A stretch of 45,978 bases of DNA from Eledone cirrhosa (taxonomy: Eukaryota), in the NCBI GenBank assembly GCA_964016885.1, contig CAXHJY010001335.1, positions 1 through 45,978 of the forward strand, read 5' to 3'. This document shows, piece after piece, positions 15,472 to 27,545 of the stretch. The notes below the pieces were generated by a model. That model was not told the origin of the DNA. It was given only the letters and a program-made list of their open reading frames with translations, and searched no databases. Made by a program: the position numbers and the translations under genes. Within the stretch, counting starts at the first letter, position 1. Every line of letters begins with the position of its first letter.

Positions 15472-15642
15472 ATGGACCATAACGCACCAGAGTACTCAAT
15501 ACTTAGGGTAGTAGAGTGGGAAATAGGAGAAAGTATGACCCCGACGGCAGAGCTCAAGCTGTTTCGACGGCTATTTCTGGAACTATTTAGTCCAGAAATA
15601 GCCGTCGAAACGGCTTGAGCTCTGCCGTCGGAGTCATACTTT
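15472..15642 (-). mobile_element. Repeat family A copy 2: hammerhead 3' half in a 113-bp palindrome plus flank
   Basis: Arms 15530-15581 and 15591-15642 with 2 mismatches. The right arm reads GAAA-CGGC-ttgagctct-GCCG-TC-GG. The left flank is homologous to 13650-13718. Confidence 0.75.
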
Positions 15643-15799
15643 TTCATATATATATATAGTGTAGGTGGTACGGTGAAATACTGGTGTTGGTTCCAAATCA
15701 AGCACTCTAAACACACACTTGTTAACCCTAAGATCTAGCAGTGAAATGATATGTATGATATATTTTCAACTTGTCCCTTATTTCTTAGAAGAATTCACT

Positions 15800-15836
15800 C
15801 CCTGATGAAGGAACTGAAATTCTTCCGATATTGGTA
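15800..15836 (+). ncRNA. Degenerate hammerhead motif
   Basis: CTGATGA-A-GGAA-ctgaaattc-TTCC-GATA-TTGGTA. GAAA is altered to GATA and stem I is not retained. Confidence 0.5.
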
Positions 15837-16156
15837 ATTCTAATGTCTTCGAACTCCAGCTCCTCTATCTTGAAACTATGGTTTGAGTATTATATAAGTC
15901 AAAATTGACATGTTTTTAGCCGATTTCACTTGTATCCCACCCAAAATAGACATTTGGGCTTAAGTTTAATACATTTTATATCCATATCTATCTATCTATG
16001 TATATCTATCTATGTATATCTATCTATGTATATGTCTATCTATGTATATGTCTATCTATGTATCTGTCTATCTATGTATGTCTATATCTATCTATATCTA
16101 TCTATCTATATATATATATTTATTAAAATATCAGATTAAAGTTTAAGCAAATAATC

Positions 16157-16185
16157 GATGCTTTCACCCTTAACGGGATCTTCTG
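16157..16185 (-). ncRNA. Degenerate hammerhead remnant truncated by (TA)n
   Basis: CAGAAGA-T-CCC-gttaa-GGG-T-GAAA-GCATC, with a U4A change and no stem I. Confidence 0.35.
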
Positions 16186-16217
<32 letters not shown>

Positions 16218-16254
16218 GTATATATATATATATGTATATATATGTATATATATG

Positions 16255-16285
<31 letters not shown>

Positions 16286-16350
16286 GTATATATATATATG
16301 TATATGTATATATATGTATATATATATATATATGTATATGTATATATATG

Positions 16351-16381
<31 letters not shown>

Positions 16382-16410
16382 GTATATGTATATATATATG
16401 TATATATATG

Positions 16411-16503
<93 letters not shown>

Positions 16504-16734
16504 AGTAGGAGCAATGTGAGAATACCCCGAGGGATGGGACGGTTGGGGTGTAGGCGTTAAATTACTCATTCAATGATGACCTATTTCACTTGAAATTAAC
16601 GGATGATACTATTAACATATAATCATCTAATTAGTAAGACTCCTTATTTGTGTAGCGAAGCTTATGGTCATAATTACTTTTTTCACACTTGACCGCGTAT
16701 CCGAAACTATATATATAAAGATATCATATCATAT

Positions 16735-16784
<50 letters not shown>

Positions 16785-16949
16785 ATATATTTACACGGGT
16801 TTATGTGTATGCTGGACAATGTATTTCGACATGTATGTATATATCTATATATATAATCTTATATATATATATGCATGTATATATCTCTATATATGCATAT
16901 ATATCTATATTTTATATATATATAATATATATATAATATATATATATAC

Positions 16950-16983
<34 letters not shown>

Positions 16984-16984
16984 G

Positions 16985-17015
<31 letters not shown>

Positions 17016-17036
17016 GTATGTATATATATATATATA

Positions 17037-17086
<50 letters not shown>

Positions 17087-17103
17087 ATATATATATATAT
17101 AAT

Positions 17104-17150
<47 letters not shown>

Positions 17151-17167
17151 ATATATATATATATAAT

Positions 17168-17199
<32 letters not shown>

Positions 17200-17262
17200 C
17201 ATACATATATATATATATATATGTATGTATATATAATATATATATATATATATATACACACA
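16186..17262. repeat. Two TA-rich arrays separated by a ~240-bp unique island
   Basis: Arrays at about 16186-16501 and 16740-17262. Confidence 0.92.
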
Positions 17263-17529
17263 TACAGTTGTATACACATCAATGCACGTGGATGTTAAAA
17301 TTCATATAATGACTTTTAATTATTTTTAACGTAATCAAAACACACTTCCGGCAATGGATGCCAAAACTTCAGCTTTCACATTTAATGAAGCAGTTAAAAA
17401 AATTTAGTTCCCGCCATTAATGCTAGGCAATTTTATTGATAATAATTTAATCACTACGCTAAAGATGGCCGCCATAAGAGCGACGCAATTAGCTGGGGCT
17501 TTTAAAACGGATTTCATTACTATTCGATG

Positions 17530-17940
17530 TTATATTATTATCATTATTATATATTATTACTATTATTATTATTATTATTGTTTTGATGATGATGATTATT
17601 ATTATTATTATTATTAATAGTAGTAGTGGTGGTAGTAGTATTATTTTTGCAAGTGAAACAAACTGAAGTAAATAATTGAATTTTTATAAATGGATTTATT
17701 TTCTCCCCCCAATACCACCACCACCACCCCAATCACAATCACAATCTCCATTACCTCACCTCCTCCATCAACAACACCACCTCCTCCAACAAGGCAATCA
17801 CCAATACCACAAGCCCCACCAACAACACCAACATTTCCAGCAACGCAATCACCATTACCACCATCACCAGCACCACCTCCCCCAACAACATAATCACCAC
17901 CACCATTACCACCTTCACATCCACCACACCAACCACCGAT
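17530..17940. repeat. (TTA)n and (CAC/CAA)n low-complexity tracts
   Basis: Direct reading. Source of the poly-G/V and poly-H/Q/P/T ORFs. Confidence 0.88.
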
Positions 17941-18181
17941 AGAAAATTCCAATCAAGTGATTGTAGTTATGCATAATTAAAGGAGGACTCAATATTTAAA
18001 CTAGAGCACGTTTTTAACATTCGTACTGGCGATGGAAACCGACTGGTTTTACAAATCGATCAAGGCACACACACTGACACACACACACATATATAGGTAT
18101 ATATGTATGTATATGCATATATATAGGCGTATATTTATACACACACACATTATATATTTATATATATATATATATACGTGT

Positions 18182-18295
18182 ATGTAGTTCATTGAGACAA
18201 CAAACAGAGGTACAAAAAATCTTATTAGTTTTACGCTTTATATGGAAAAGGGGAAAGAAAACTCGACGTGTCGGGCCTTAGTCCTTCATCAGGTG
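18182..18295 (-). mobile_element. Penelope-like terminal repeat fragment with decayed hammerhead (family B)
   Basis: Minus strand CCTGATGA-A-GGAC-taag-GCCC-GACA-CGTC, then AGCGTAAAACTAATAA...CCTCTGTTT. This parallels AGCGTGAAACTAATAA...CCTCTCTGTTT after the 25457 hammerhead. Confidence 0.7.
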
Positions 18296-18825
18296 CACAA
18301 AAATAGTAACAGGATCACAAAGGAGTTAGAGAACTTATATATATATATATATTTATATATAATAAGAACTACAAAATCCACATCGGATCTGTGGACAAAA
18401 CATCTGGAATCTAGTCTGGAATATTAACCCGGACTATGAGCCGGTTGTTTGTGAAACATTTGTAACCAGGACTCATCAATAAATTATTGATATAACACCT
18501 CTTTGTTCTTATTATATACACTCTGCTCTAGCGTTGAGTGCTGATTTTGGTACCCTCACCAGTCTTCTACGGATTTACTGAACCTTCTGCTCATAAATGT
18601 ACGCACGTGCACAAGTATAGCTCATTTTACAAAACGTTTTTTTTTACCATTTCAGGTAGACCGCTCCATCGTCCTCTTTTCTAAAAAAATAAATCATACA
18701 CAAAACGCCAGCACCAACAGTTTTGCAAGAGATGTCAACATGAATGGACTTGTTATGTTTATCTAAAGACATTTTTTCCAATTCCATCCCGCCCGTCCCC
18801 TCAATCTATCTTATTTCTTTTTCTT

Positions 18826-18861
18826 TCTTTTGATGAAGGACTAGCATCCGAAAAGTTAAGA
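18826..18861 (+). ncRNA. Degenerate minimal hammerhead motif
   Basis: TCTT-TTGATGA-A-GGA-ctagca-TCC-GAAA-AG-TT-AAGA. Stem I TCTT/AAGA is intact, with C3U and a stem III change. Confidence 0.55.
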
Positions 18862-18974
18862 CCCTCATCCTGCTATATCCACTCCATATACTGTATCGAT
18901 TGTGTTGTTATTTCTGTTTACCTTTTACATACACACACATATATATATATACACATATATACACACACACACAC

Positions 18975-19022
<48 letters not shown>

Positions 19023-19039
19023 ATTTATATATATATATA

Positions 19040-19275
19040 TCCAGGGAGTGTAACATGAAGTTACTGTAGGTTCACCCAGGTGAGCACTCGATGTTTAGGT
19101 TCACGTCAGTAGCGAGGTGTAGAGCTAGACAGAGTGTAATATAACAATACAAGGACGATTTATTAAGCCTTCATTACGTTTATTGATTGGTGACGCGCGT
19201 TTCGCTATTGATCAACTCAAGGTTCGATCTGTATCAATCTCGCCCGACTCTGGAATCAAAAGCTCGTTGGACCTC
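19040..19275 (-). mobile_element. Repeat family C copy 1: hammerhead-bearing element with decayed core
   Basis: About 19149-19273 aligns closely with about 32937-33061. The core reads CCAACGA instead of CTGATGA. The left end is (TA)n-TCCAGGGAGTGTAA. Confidence 0.8.
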
Positions 19276-19312
19276 TCTTGTAGTAATGACACATATATAT
19301 AGGAAAATGTTT

Positions 19313-19336
19313 AACCCCGACGGCAGAGCTCAAGCT
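19313..19336 (-). mobile_element. Repeat family A fragment
   Basis: ACCCCGACGGCAGAGCTCAAGCT is identical to 15538-15560. Confidence 0.75.
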
Positions 19337-19427
19337 CTCTTCTATAATGCACAGCCCTAACTGAGGGCAATAAAAGCCAGGGATAATATATTCCTTGTCT
19401 CAAAGTCTAAATATGTTTTAATTTTAC

Positions 19428-19570
19428 AGAAGTCAACTTCGCCTTTCATCTCGGTAACGGCGGGGTTGAGCTCGATAAAATAAACTAACCAGCCAGTAAA
19501 ATTAGTCGTATCGATTCTATCAATTATTCTCCCTCCCCCTGTAAAAATGTGTGACTTTTATGCTAATACA
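19428..19570 (+). mobile_element. SINE core and 3' fragment
   Basis: GTCAACTTCGCCTTTCATC...CGATAAAATAAACTAACCAG...TCGAT...CCCTCCCCC aligns with the copies at 28425 and 33684. Confidence 0.65.
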
Positions 19571-19664
19571 CTTCATTAATATTTAAATGTATGAATTACA
19601 TATGTAAATTAATTATGTCTCTCGTGTAAAAATGGAAATTCTGGGGGAAATTTTACTGTTTTTA

Positions 19665-20355
19665 TTTTGTTGTTGATGTTTTTGTTGATGCGTTGTTATT
19701 GATGTTGTTGTTGCTGTTGATGTTGTTATTGGTGTTGGTGGTGTTGTTGCTGTTAATGTTATTGCTGTTGATGTTATTGATGTTTTGTTGTTGTAACTGC
19801 TGCTGTTGTTGGTTTTGTTAGTGTTATTGTTGTTAGTGTTATTGTTGTTATTGTTGTTTTGTTAATATTATTGTTGCTGTTGTTGTTGATGATGATATTA
19901 TTGCTACAGAAGTTCTTGTTGCTACACGTGTCAGTATTGTTGTTGCTTTCTTGCTACTGATGTTGTTGTTGTTACTACTCTTCTCGCTGTGTTGTTGTTG
20001 TTGTTGTTGTTATGGTGATGATGTGTACATTGCTGCTGAATTTGTTGTTCTAACTCTTGTTGACGTTGCTTTTGTTGCAGCTGCTCTTGTTTTTATTATC
20101 GTTGTTATTGTTGTTGATGTATGTAGTGGAGGTAGTGGTAGTAGTAGTAGTGATAGTAGTAATAGTAGTAGTGGTAGTAGTGGTAGTAGTACTAGTAGAG
20201 GTGGCAGTAGTAGTAGTAGTGATAGTAGTGGTAGTGGTAGTAGTGGTAGTAGTAGTAGTACTAGTAACGATAGTAGTAGTGATAGTAGAGATAGTAGTAG
20301 TGGTAGTAGAGATAGTAGTAGTGGTAGTAGTAATAGTAGTAGTAGTGGTAGTATT
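19665..20355. repeat. (GTT)n then (AGT)n compound repeat
   Basis: Direct reading. Source of the poly-L/C/S/V ORFs. Confidence 0.92.
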
Positions 20356-20649
20356 TTAGTTTATTCGATACGTTCACAACCTTTCACCTCTCACTCCCAC
20401 CTCACCTCATCTCCTACTCTCTCTCCCACCTCACCTATCACTCCCCCTCTCATGACCTCCACCCACCACTGACTCACCTCCCACTATCACCAAACCCTAT
20501 AAAATATAACCCCCTGACGAGGTGTTGCCCTACAGTCTATACCCTAACCTTACCCCTAATTCACACCTCAACCCCCCTAACCACTACACCACCAAGACCA
20601 TAACAACAACAACAACAACGATATCAACAAAGGTGAAGATTGAGGCGTA

Positions 20650-21174
20650 TATGTGAGTGTGTTCGTATTGATGTGTTTATGTATGTATGCGTGTATATTG
20701 TATGTATGTGTGTATGCATTGTATGTGTGTATGTGTTTATGTATGTATGTATGTGTTTATGTAGGCATGCATGTGTGTATGTATGTGTGTGTTTATGTAG
20801 GCATGCATGTGTGTATGTATGTGTGTGTGTATGTATGTACGTATGTACGTATATGTGTATGTATGTATGTATGTATATGTGTATGTATGTATGCATGTAT
20901 GCATGTGTGTATGTATGTTTGTATGTTTGCATGCATGTATGTTTATTGTATGTATGTGTGTATGTATGCATGCATGCATGCATGCATGTATGTATGCATG
21001 TGTGTATGTATCTGTATGTATATATGTGTGTGCGTGTGCGTGTGCGTGTGCGTGTGCGTGTGTGTGTGTGCTTAAAAGCTTGCGTGTGCTTATATAAGTG
21101 TATGGCCTTGCATGCGTGTCCGTGTGTATGTGTGTGTGTGTGTGTGTGTATGCATGTGTTTCTGTGCCAATGCT

Positions 21175-21208
<34 letters not shown>

Positions 21209-21306
21209 CACACATGCATGCGTGTGTATATATCTATGTGTACATGCATGTGTATATGTGTCCATGTGTGCATGTATATGTATGTACACACACACACACA
21301 CATTAT

Positions 21307-21343
<37 letters not shown>

Positions 21344-21365
21344 CATGCATGTATGTGTATGTGCG
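20650..21365. repeat. (ATGT)n/(ATGC)n/(GT)n compound repeat
   Basis: Alternating purine-pyrimidine sequence read directly. Confidence 0.92.
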
Positions 21366-21849
21366 TGATGGCGGAATAATTTACTAGCGCGATCAAACAT
21401 GGCGACATTCTTAAAAAGCAGCACATCTCTGACACGATAGAAGATTCATGGCCGCCGGGCAAGCCATGAAACAAACAGATCACGACCGCCATGTTCTTGT
21501 CAGCTGAGTAAGGTTGAAGGAGGACTGGGCGTAAAATTTCCTCAACCAAAATTTTCATATTAACTTCACATTGGTTTTAATCTCCTCCAGGGACCACAGA
21601 ACATTCAGGCGATCCTCACTTAATGAAACTAACAATCACCAAAAATACATCGATTTTACCCCCGTTTCTTCTTCTTCTCCCCCCCCCCCTCCTCTTTCGT
21701 CTTATTTATTATTATTATTATTTTTATTATCTTTATTACGATTCTCACTACATTACCGAGCGCTGCTCTGTGTGTCTTGGTTATTTGCAGTATGGTTTTT
21801 GGTTATGTTGCTTCTATTGTATTGAGTACTCTCTATATATATATATATA

Positions 21850-21900
21850 CAGGGTGTCCTCCCCAATTTATCCAATATCTCTGAAGAAGTGACAACTGTT
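21850..21900 (+). mobile_element. Possible Tc1/mariner-type terminal inverted repeat, single end
   Basis: TA followed by CAGGGTGTCC, a common Tc1/mariner terminus. No partner end was found in the window. Confidence 0.35.
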
Positions 21901-22159
21901 TATACATTTGCTATCGAATACTTGCTAACATTATATGATTACGCAAGCAGCGATACATAGGTATTCCGTCTGTTACAGAAACATATGTCAATACCTAATA
22001 AATTCCTTTATAAAAGCACTTTCATTTTATATTCCTCTTTTCTATATATGTATATATATATATACAGTAATAATAATAAATTTGAAGACTAAAATCCAAA
22101 GAGGGCTCGATAAGGATAAATATATATGTATATATATATATATATATATACAGTATATG

Positions 22160-22190
<31 letters not shown>

Positions 22191-22394
22191 TATATATGCA
22201 AATATATATGTATATATATATATACACACACATATACTATATATATATACACACATATACTATATATATATACACACACATATATATATATATATACACA
22301 CACACATATATATATATATACACACACACACATATATATATATACACACACACATATATATATACACACACACATATATATATATACACACATA

Positions 22395-22438
<44 letters not shown>

Positions 22439-22484
22439 TATATATATATATACACATATTGTATATATATATACACACACATAT

Positions 22485-23092
22485 GGTGGCTGCCAACTCG
22501 TTTTCGAGTACGGCCACTACTTTATATCCATGAAGGAGAACCTCTACTGATGCGCTGAACAAGTGTGACTTTTTAGTCCAGCCAGCGACTTGAAAACTCT
22601 GGTACAAACACTACACATGTGACAATTATTGACACATAGTGCTGGGCCCATGGTACCATGTGACGACAAGTGCAGAGAGATCTCCAGATATAAAGCAATG
22701 CCTGTGCCGTGAAGCTTTTATGGTGAGCAAAGGCACTGCACAAAGCCAGTCCCACTCTCTTAACCAAGATGATATTTACCAAAAAGAAGAACAAGTCAAC
22801 ATCATTGGATACCATCAGGGTTGCAGGTGTTATATCAGAGTTTTCCTTCTCCTAGAATTCTGCCTTGACAAAGGCTAAGGGGTTATCTCTCCCGGTGATT
22901 TTGGATGGCCATTGACTCTTAAGAGCTCCTTTGCCCTTTGACAGGTTTTGTTTTTAGTCCTGCAGGATGTCCAAAGTCACCCTCCTCACCAAGAAACCTT
23001 GGTGGGGTTGCCAGTTTAGTCGCCAACGACCCGACCATGAGACAGGTTGTATTGGGATACATGTTACCAGTAGCACCAACTGGTGACCTGAC
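22485..23092 (-). mobile_element. ~600-bp insertion with RTE-like 5' UTR sequence (non-autonomous or truncated)
   Basis: GC-richer island flanked on both sides by ACACACATAT microsatellite. The minus strand carries TCTAGGAGAAGGAAAACTCTGA (22835-22856), which I recall as typical of RTE 5' UTRs. No convincing ORF. Confidence 0.55.
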
Positions 23093-23194
23093 ACACATAT
23101 ATATATCTACACACATATACTATATATATACACACACATATACTATATATATATCTACACACATATACTATATATATATCTACACACACACATA

Positions 23195-23241
<47 letters not shown>

Positions 23242-23287
23242 TATACTATATATATATATACACACACACACATATATATACACACAC

Positions 23288-23319
<32 letters not shown>

Positions 23320-23398
23320 TATATATATATATATATACACACATATATATATATACACACATATATATATACACACATATATATATACACACATATAC

Positions 23399-23434
<36 letters not shown>

Positions 23435-24232
23435 GTATATACATATATATATATATATATACACACATACAGTATATATATATACACACACACATACTAT
23501 ATATATACACACATATACTATATATATATACACACATATATATAAATACAGTATATAGAGAATGAGGGTGTTTATTGTACGTTGCTCTACACTTCTACCG
23601 GGAAATCGTGTCGCTTATTCCTATCCTAACGGGTGTCATTACTTCAGTTAATGGAGTTGTTTTATTGGAACACTTACCATTTTGGCCACACACTCTTTGA
23701 CCAATGGCGATTTAATCGGAATCACACACACACATACACACACGCATACACACCCGTGCGCGCACACACACATATATGAATATATATATAAACATATATA
23801 CATAAATATATATATGAACATATATATATATATATATATATAAATTGTACGTTTCTCTCTATATATATGTATGTGTATATATATATGTATGTGTTTTTAT
23901 ATATATATTTATGTGTATATATATATATATATGTTTATACAATGATATAAATATATATGTTTATATATATATAAACATATATATATATGTGTGTGTGTGT
24001 TTATATATATATATATATGTATATATATGTATGTGTGTGTGTTTATATATATTTATGTATGTATGTATATATATGTGTTTGCATAAAGAAATGTACATAT
24101 GCATATATATACACATTTATTTATTCATGATTATGTTGTTATACATATAGTAACAATGTATTTTGTAAGTGAATGTGTTCGTGTGTAAACATGTCAAACG
24201 CTATATGCGTATAAGTATATATATATACATAC

Positions 24233-24268
<36 letters not shown>

Positions 24269-24540
24269 ATATACATATATATTTATATATATATATACAT
24301 ATATATTTATATATATGGATATAATGTTCATGTATATATTTTTTATGCCACTCTCCATATATAATGTAAATATAAACATGTAAAAATGGATGTGTATATA
24401 TGTATATATGTGTGCGTGTATCGTATTTTAACGTGTATGTACTTGAATATATATATATACATATATATACATACATTTATATATTTATATCTATATATAT
24501 AGAAATACACACACACACACTCGCAGATTTACACACAGAA

Positions 24541-24582
<42 letters not shown>

Positions 24583-24825
24583 CAATATATTTAGAAACAC
24601 ACAGATACATGCGGACACACACATATATACATGAATGCATCCGCACCCAACTGTGAGTTAAGGGTGCCAACTTCACCGATGTTGCTCAATGAATGACTGG
24701 GACAGACCAATTCAGTTTGAACCAGACTGAACCAGTATCAGAGTTAAAAATACATTATGAAGAGAGAAGAAACATTTAGATATAATTAGTAATAAAAATG
24801 TATCATACCTAAACTGCTCCTAAAT

Positions 24826-24915
24826 TCCTCGACTACGTAGTTTCGTGGCATAAACAAAAACAATATATCATAAAGATATAGAGTCCTTGCGAGGTCTGCC
24901 GACTTATCAAGAGGA
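24826..24915 (-). ncRNA. Type I hammerhead ribozyme candidate with compensatory U3-A8 core and enlarged stem II
   Basis: TCCTC-TTGATAA-GTCGGCA...TGCCAC-GAAA-CTACGTAG-TC-GAGGA. 5-bp stem I, bulged stem II, palindromic stem III and GUC triplet. Confidence 0.75.
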
Positions 24916-25160
24916 TACCTCATTTTACTAGTCTCAAGAACGCGTCTACACGACGTGAGAAAGAATCCCAAAAGGCGGAGGGGGAGATAGTCACGCGATA
25001 TAACGGTCGAGAAACAGAGCTAAGCCTCTTATAACCCCGAAGAAAATACCACGGAGGCGGAGGGGGTATTCATATCGAGGCCGTAGAAGAGGTGGTGAAG
25101 AAGGCATCTAGCTATATAGGTTTTTGCGTTTATATATATATATATATATATACATATATT

Positions 25161-25575
25161 CGTTCCCACTATCTACTCCATCAAATGGAAAATATCCGGC
25201 ACCTCTTCACTCTCTCTACGGAACTACCTTAGGAAATTACCCACGGACATACACTCACAAACATCTTTTTCGAACCACGCCACCTACATCCACAAACGTA
25301 TAAACAACACACACACGTGCGTACCCCCACATATATACACATTCAGCCTCCGGAATCCTCCGTTTTTCCTCCCTTTCCTCTCCCCCATCCCTTTTTTTCT
25401 AAATGTCTCTCCTCCACTCCCCTACACACCATCGGAATTCTCTTCCCACCCACTTTTGGCCTGAAGAAGGGCTTATGCCCGAAACGTCGTTACCCCCCCA
25501 CTCTCAAGAGCGTGAAACTAATAAACCTTTGTTCATACTGCCTCTCTGTTTTGTTCCCGTTCCAATTTTCACTAT
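25161..25575 (+). mobile_element. Penelope-like element 3' remnant (family B)
   Basis: A short YSIKWKI peptide near 25173 weakly resembles PLE GIY-YIG C-terminal regions. It is followed by a pyrimidine-rich tract, a hammerhead, AATAAA at about 25520, and homology to 18182-18295. Confidence 0.65.
25457..25492 (+). ncRNA. Minimal type I hammerhead ribozyme, canonical core
   Basis: TGGC-CTGAAGA-A-GGGC-ttat-GCCC-GAAA-CG-TC-GTTA. Stem I TGGC/GTTA (two G-U), 4-bp stem II and palindromic ACGT stem III. Predicted cut after C25488. Confidence 0.82.
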
Positions 25576-25862
25576 ACACACACATATATATATATATATA
25601 TACACACATACATATTTATATATGTATGTGTGTATATGTGTGTGTATATTCATATATATATGCAAGTGCGACTATGTTTGGTAGACAGATTGGAATGGCT
25701 GGGTTGTTCTGTAACATCATCAGTGGTAGACATGTTTCCATCTTGTCTAATCTCCAAGAGTCTAATACCAACAAAAACTAGCAACGTTGAAACCATTGCT
25801 GGCTGAGCGTGATCGCTTCCCATATGAACGGCTTAAGACGGCCAGGAGAAGACAAACAAAAA

Positions 25863-25893
<31 letters not shown>

Positions 25894-25956
25894 GTGTGTG
25901 TGTATATATATTACGCGATTAAATATATCAATAAAAAACGACAATCGTGTGTGTGT

Positions 25957-26135
25957 TTTATATACACATATATATATACATATATATACATATATATATA
26001 ATTATATATATACATATATATATAATTATATATATATATATAATTATATATATATATATATAATTATATATATATATATATAATTATATATATATATATA
26101 CAAACATATATATATATATACATATACATATGTAC

Positions 26136-26169
<34 letters not shown>

Positions 26170-26875
26170 ATATACACGAGTATATAGGAAACCGTTTATT
26201 ATATTCACAGATAATGTTATGAAAATGATTTTGTTATCTGAAAGGCTACATCGTCGATGATCACAATATGCGATTTCCTCGATGTATATATATATATACA
26301 TATATATATAATTATATATATATATACATAATTATATATATATATATAATTATATAGATATATACATATATACATAATTATATATATATATACATATATA
26401 CATAATTATATATATACATATATATATATATATACATATATATATAATTATATATATATATACATATATATATATACATATATATATAATTATATATATA
26501 TATACATATATATAATTATATATATATATACATATATATAATTATATATATATATACATATATATAATTATATATATATATACATATATATAATTATATA
26601 TATATATACATATATATAATTATATATATATATACATATATATAATTATATATATATATACATATATATAATTATATATATATATATATACATATATAAT
26701 TATATATGTATATATAATTATATATAATTATATATGTATATATAATTATATATAATTATATATGTATATATATAATTATATATGTATATATAATTATATA
26801 TGTATATATATATATATATAATTATATATGTATATATAATTATATATATATATATGTATATATATGTGTATATAT
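25957..26875. repeat. TA-rich arrays with periodic AATT phase shifts
   Basis: Repeating TATATAATTATATA(TA)nCA units of roughly 14-30 bp, with a unique island at about 26177-26283. Confidence 0.93.
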
Positions 26876-27234
26876 ATCTTTGCGTGTGTGTATAAATATG
26901 ACATGGTGTTTAGGTGTTTGGAAGCCAGGCATGATTAAATACAATTCTATGTTGTCGATGATGATGATGACAGCGAGGAAGCTAAATATCACCAAATTGG
27001 AATGAATTAAGGTTTTTTTCTGTTTTTTATTTTATTATTGAGAAGCAGACATAAATAAAGTATAACAACAACAACAACAACAACAGCAACAGCAACAGCA
27101 ACAATAGTGACAACAATAACAGCAATAACAACAACATGATATTATCGAAATGGTGACCAGAGCTAAGTTGGTGTTTTCAGTAAAAATACTTTGAATTTGC
27201 TGGCTAAATCATGGTATGGTTTATATTCCTCTTT

Positions 27235-27545
27235 GGGGGCGTTTTGGAGGTGGTGGTGGTGGTGTGTTGGTGGAGGTGTGGTGGTGGTGTGTTGGTGTTT
27301 GATGGTGGGGTTTTGGTGGTGTGTTGGAGGTGGAGTGGCCAGGTAGTGTTTTGGTACAGGTTTGATGGTGGTGGTTTGGTGATGTTTTGGTGGTGGTGTG
27401 AAGGAAGTATGTTGGAGGTGAGTTTAGCTTTGGTGGAGGTGTGTTGGTTGTGTGGTAGTGGTGTGGTGTTGGAGTTGTGGAGGAGGTATGTTGGTGGTGT
27501 GTTAGAGCTTTGGTGGAGCTGTGTTGGTTGTGTGGTGGTGGAGGT
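27235..27545. repeat. G/T-rich low-complexity tract
   Basis: Degenerate (GGT)n/(GTT)n. Confidence 0.85.

Noticed and set aside
20511-20545. CTGACGA-GG...CC as a hammerhead
   Set aside because: The GAAA box and stem III are absent.
20541-20582. Telomere-like CCCTAA motifs
   Set aside because: Three scattered imperfect copies in C-rich low-complexity sequence, not a tandem array.
21365-21640. Coding exon in a GC-richer island (MKILVEEILRPVLLQ...)
   Set aside because: No recognisable domain, an in-frame stop shortly upstream, and no clear splice sites. The ORF length comes from adjacent repeats.
25717-25739. GAAACATGTC-tacca-CTGATGA on the minus strand as a permuted hammerhead
   Set aside because: Only 5 nt are available for stem I and I could not form a stem II. 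It may be a relic but is not supportable.
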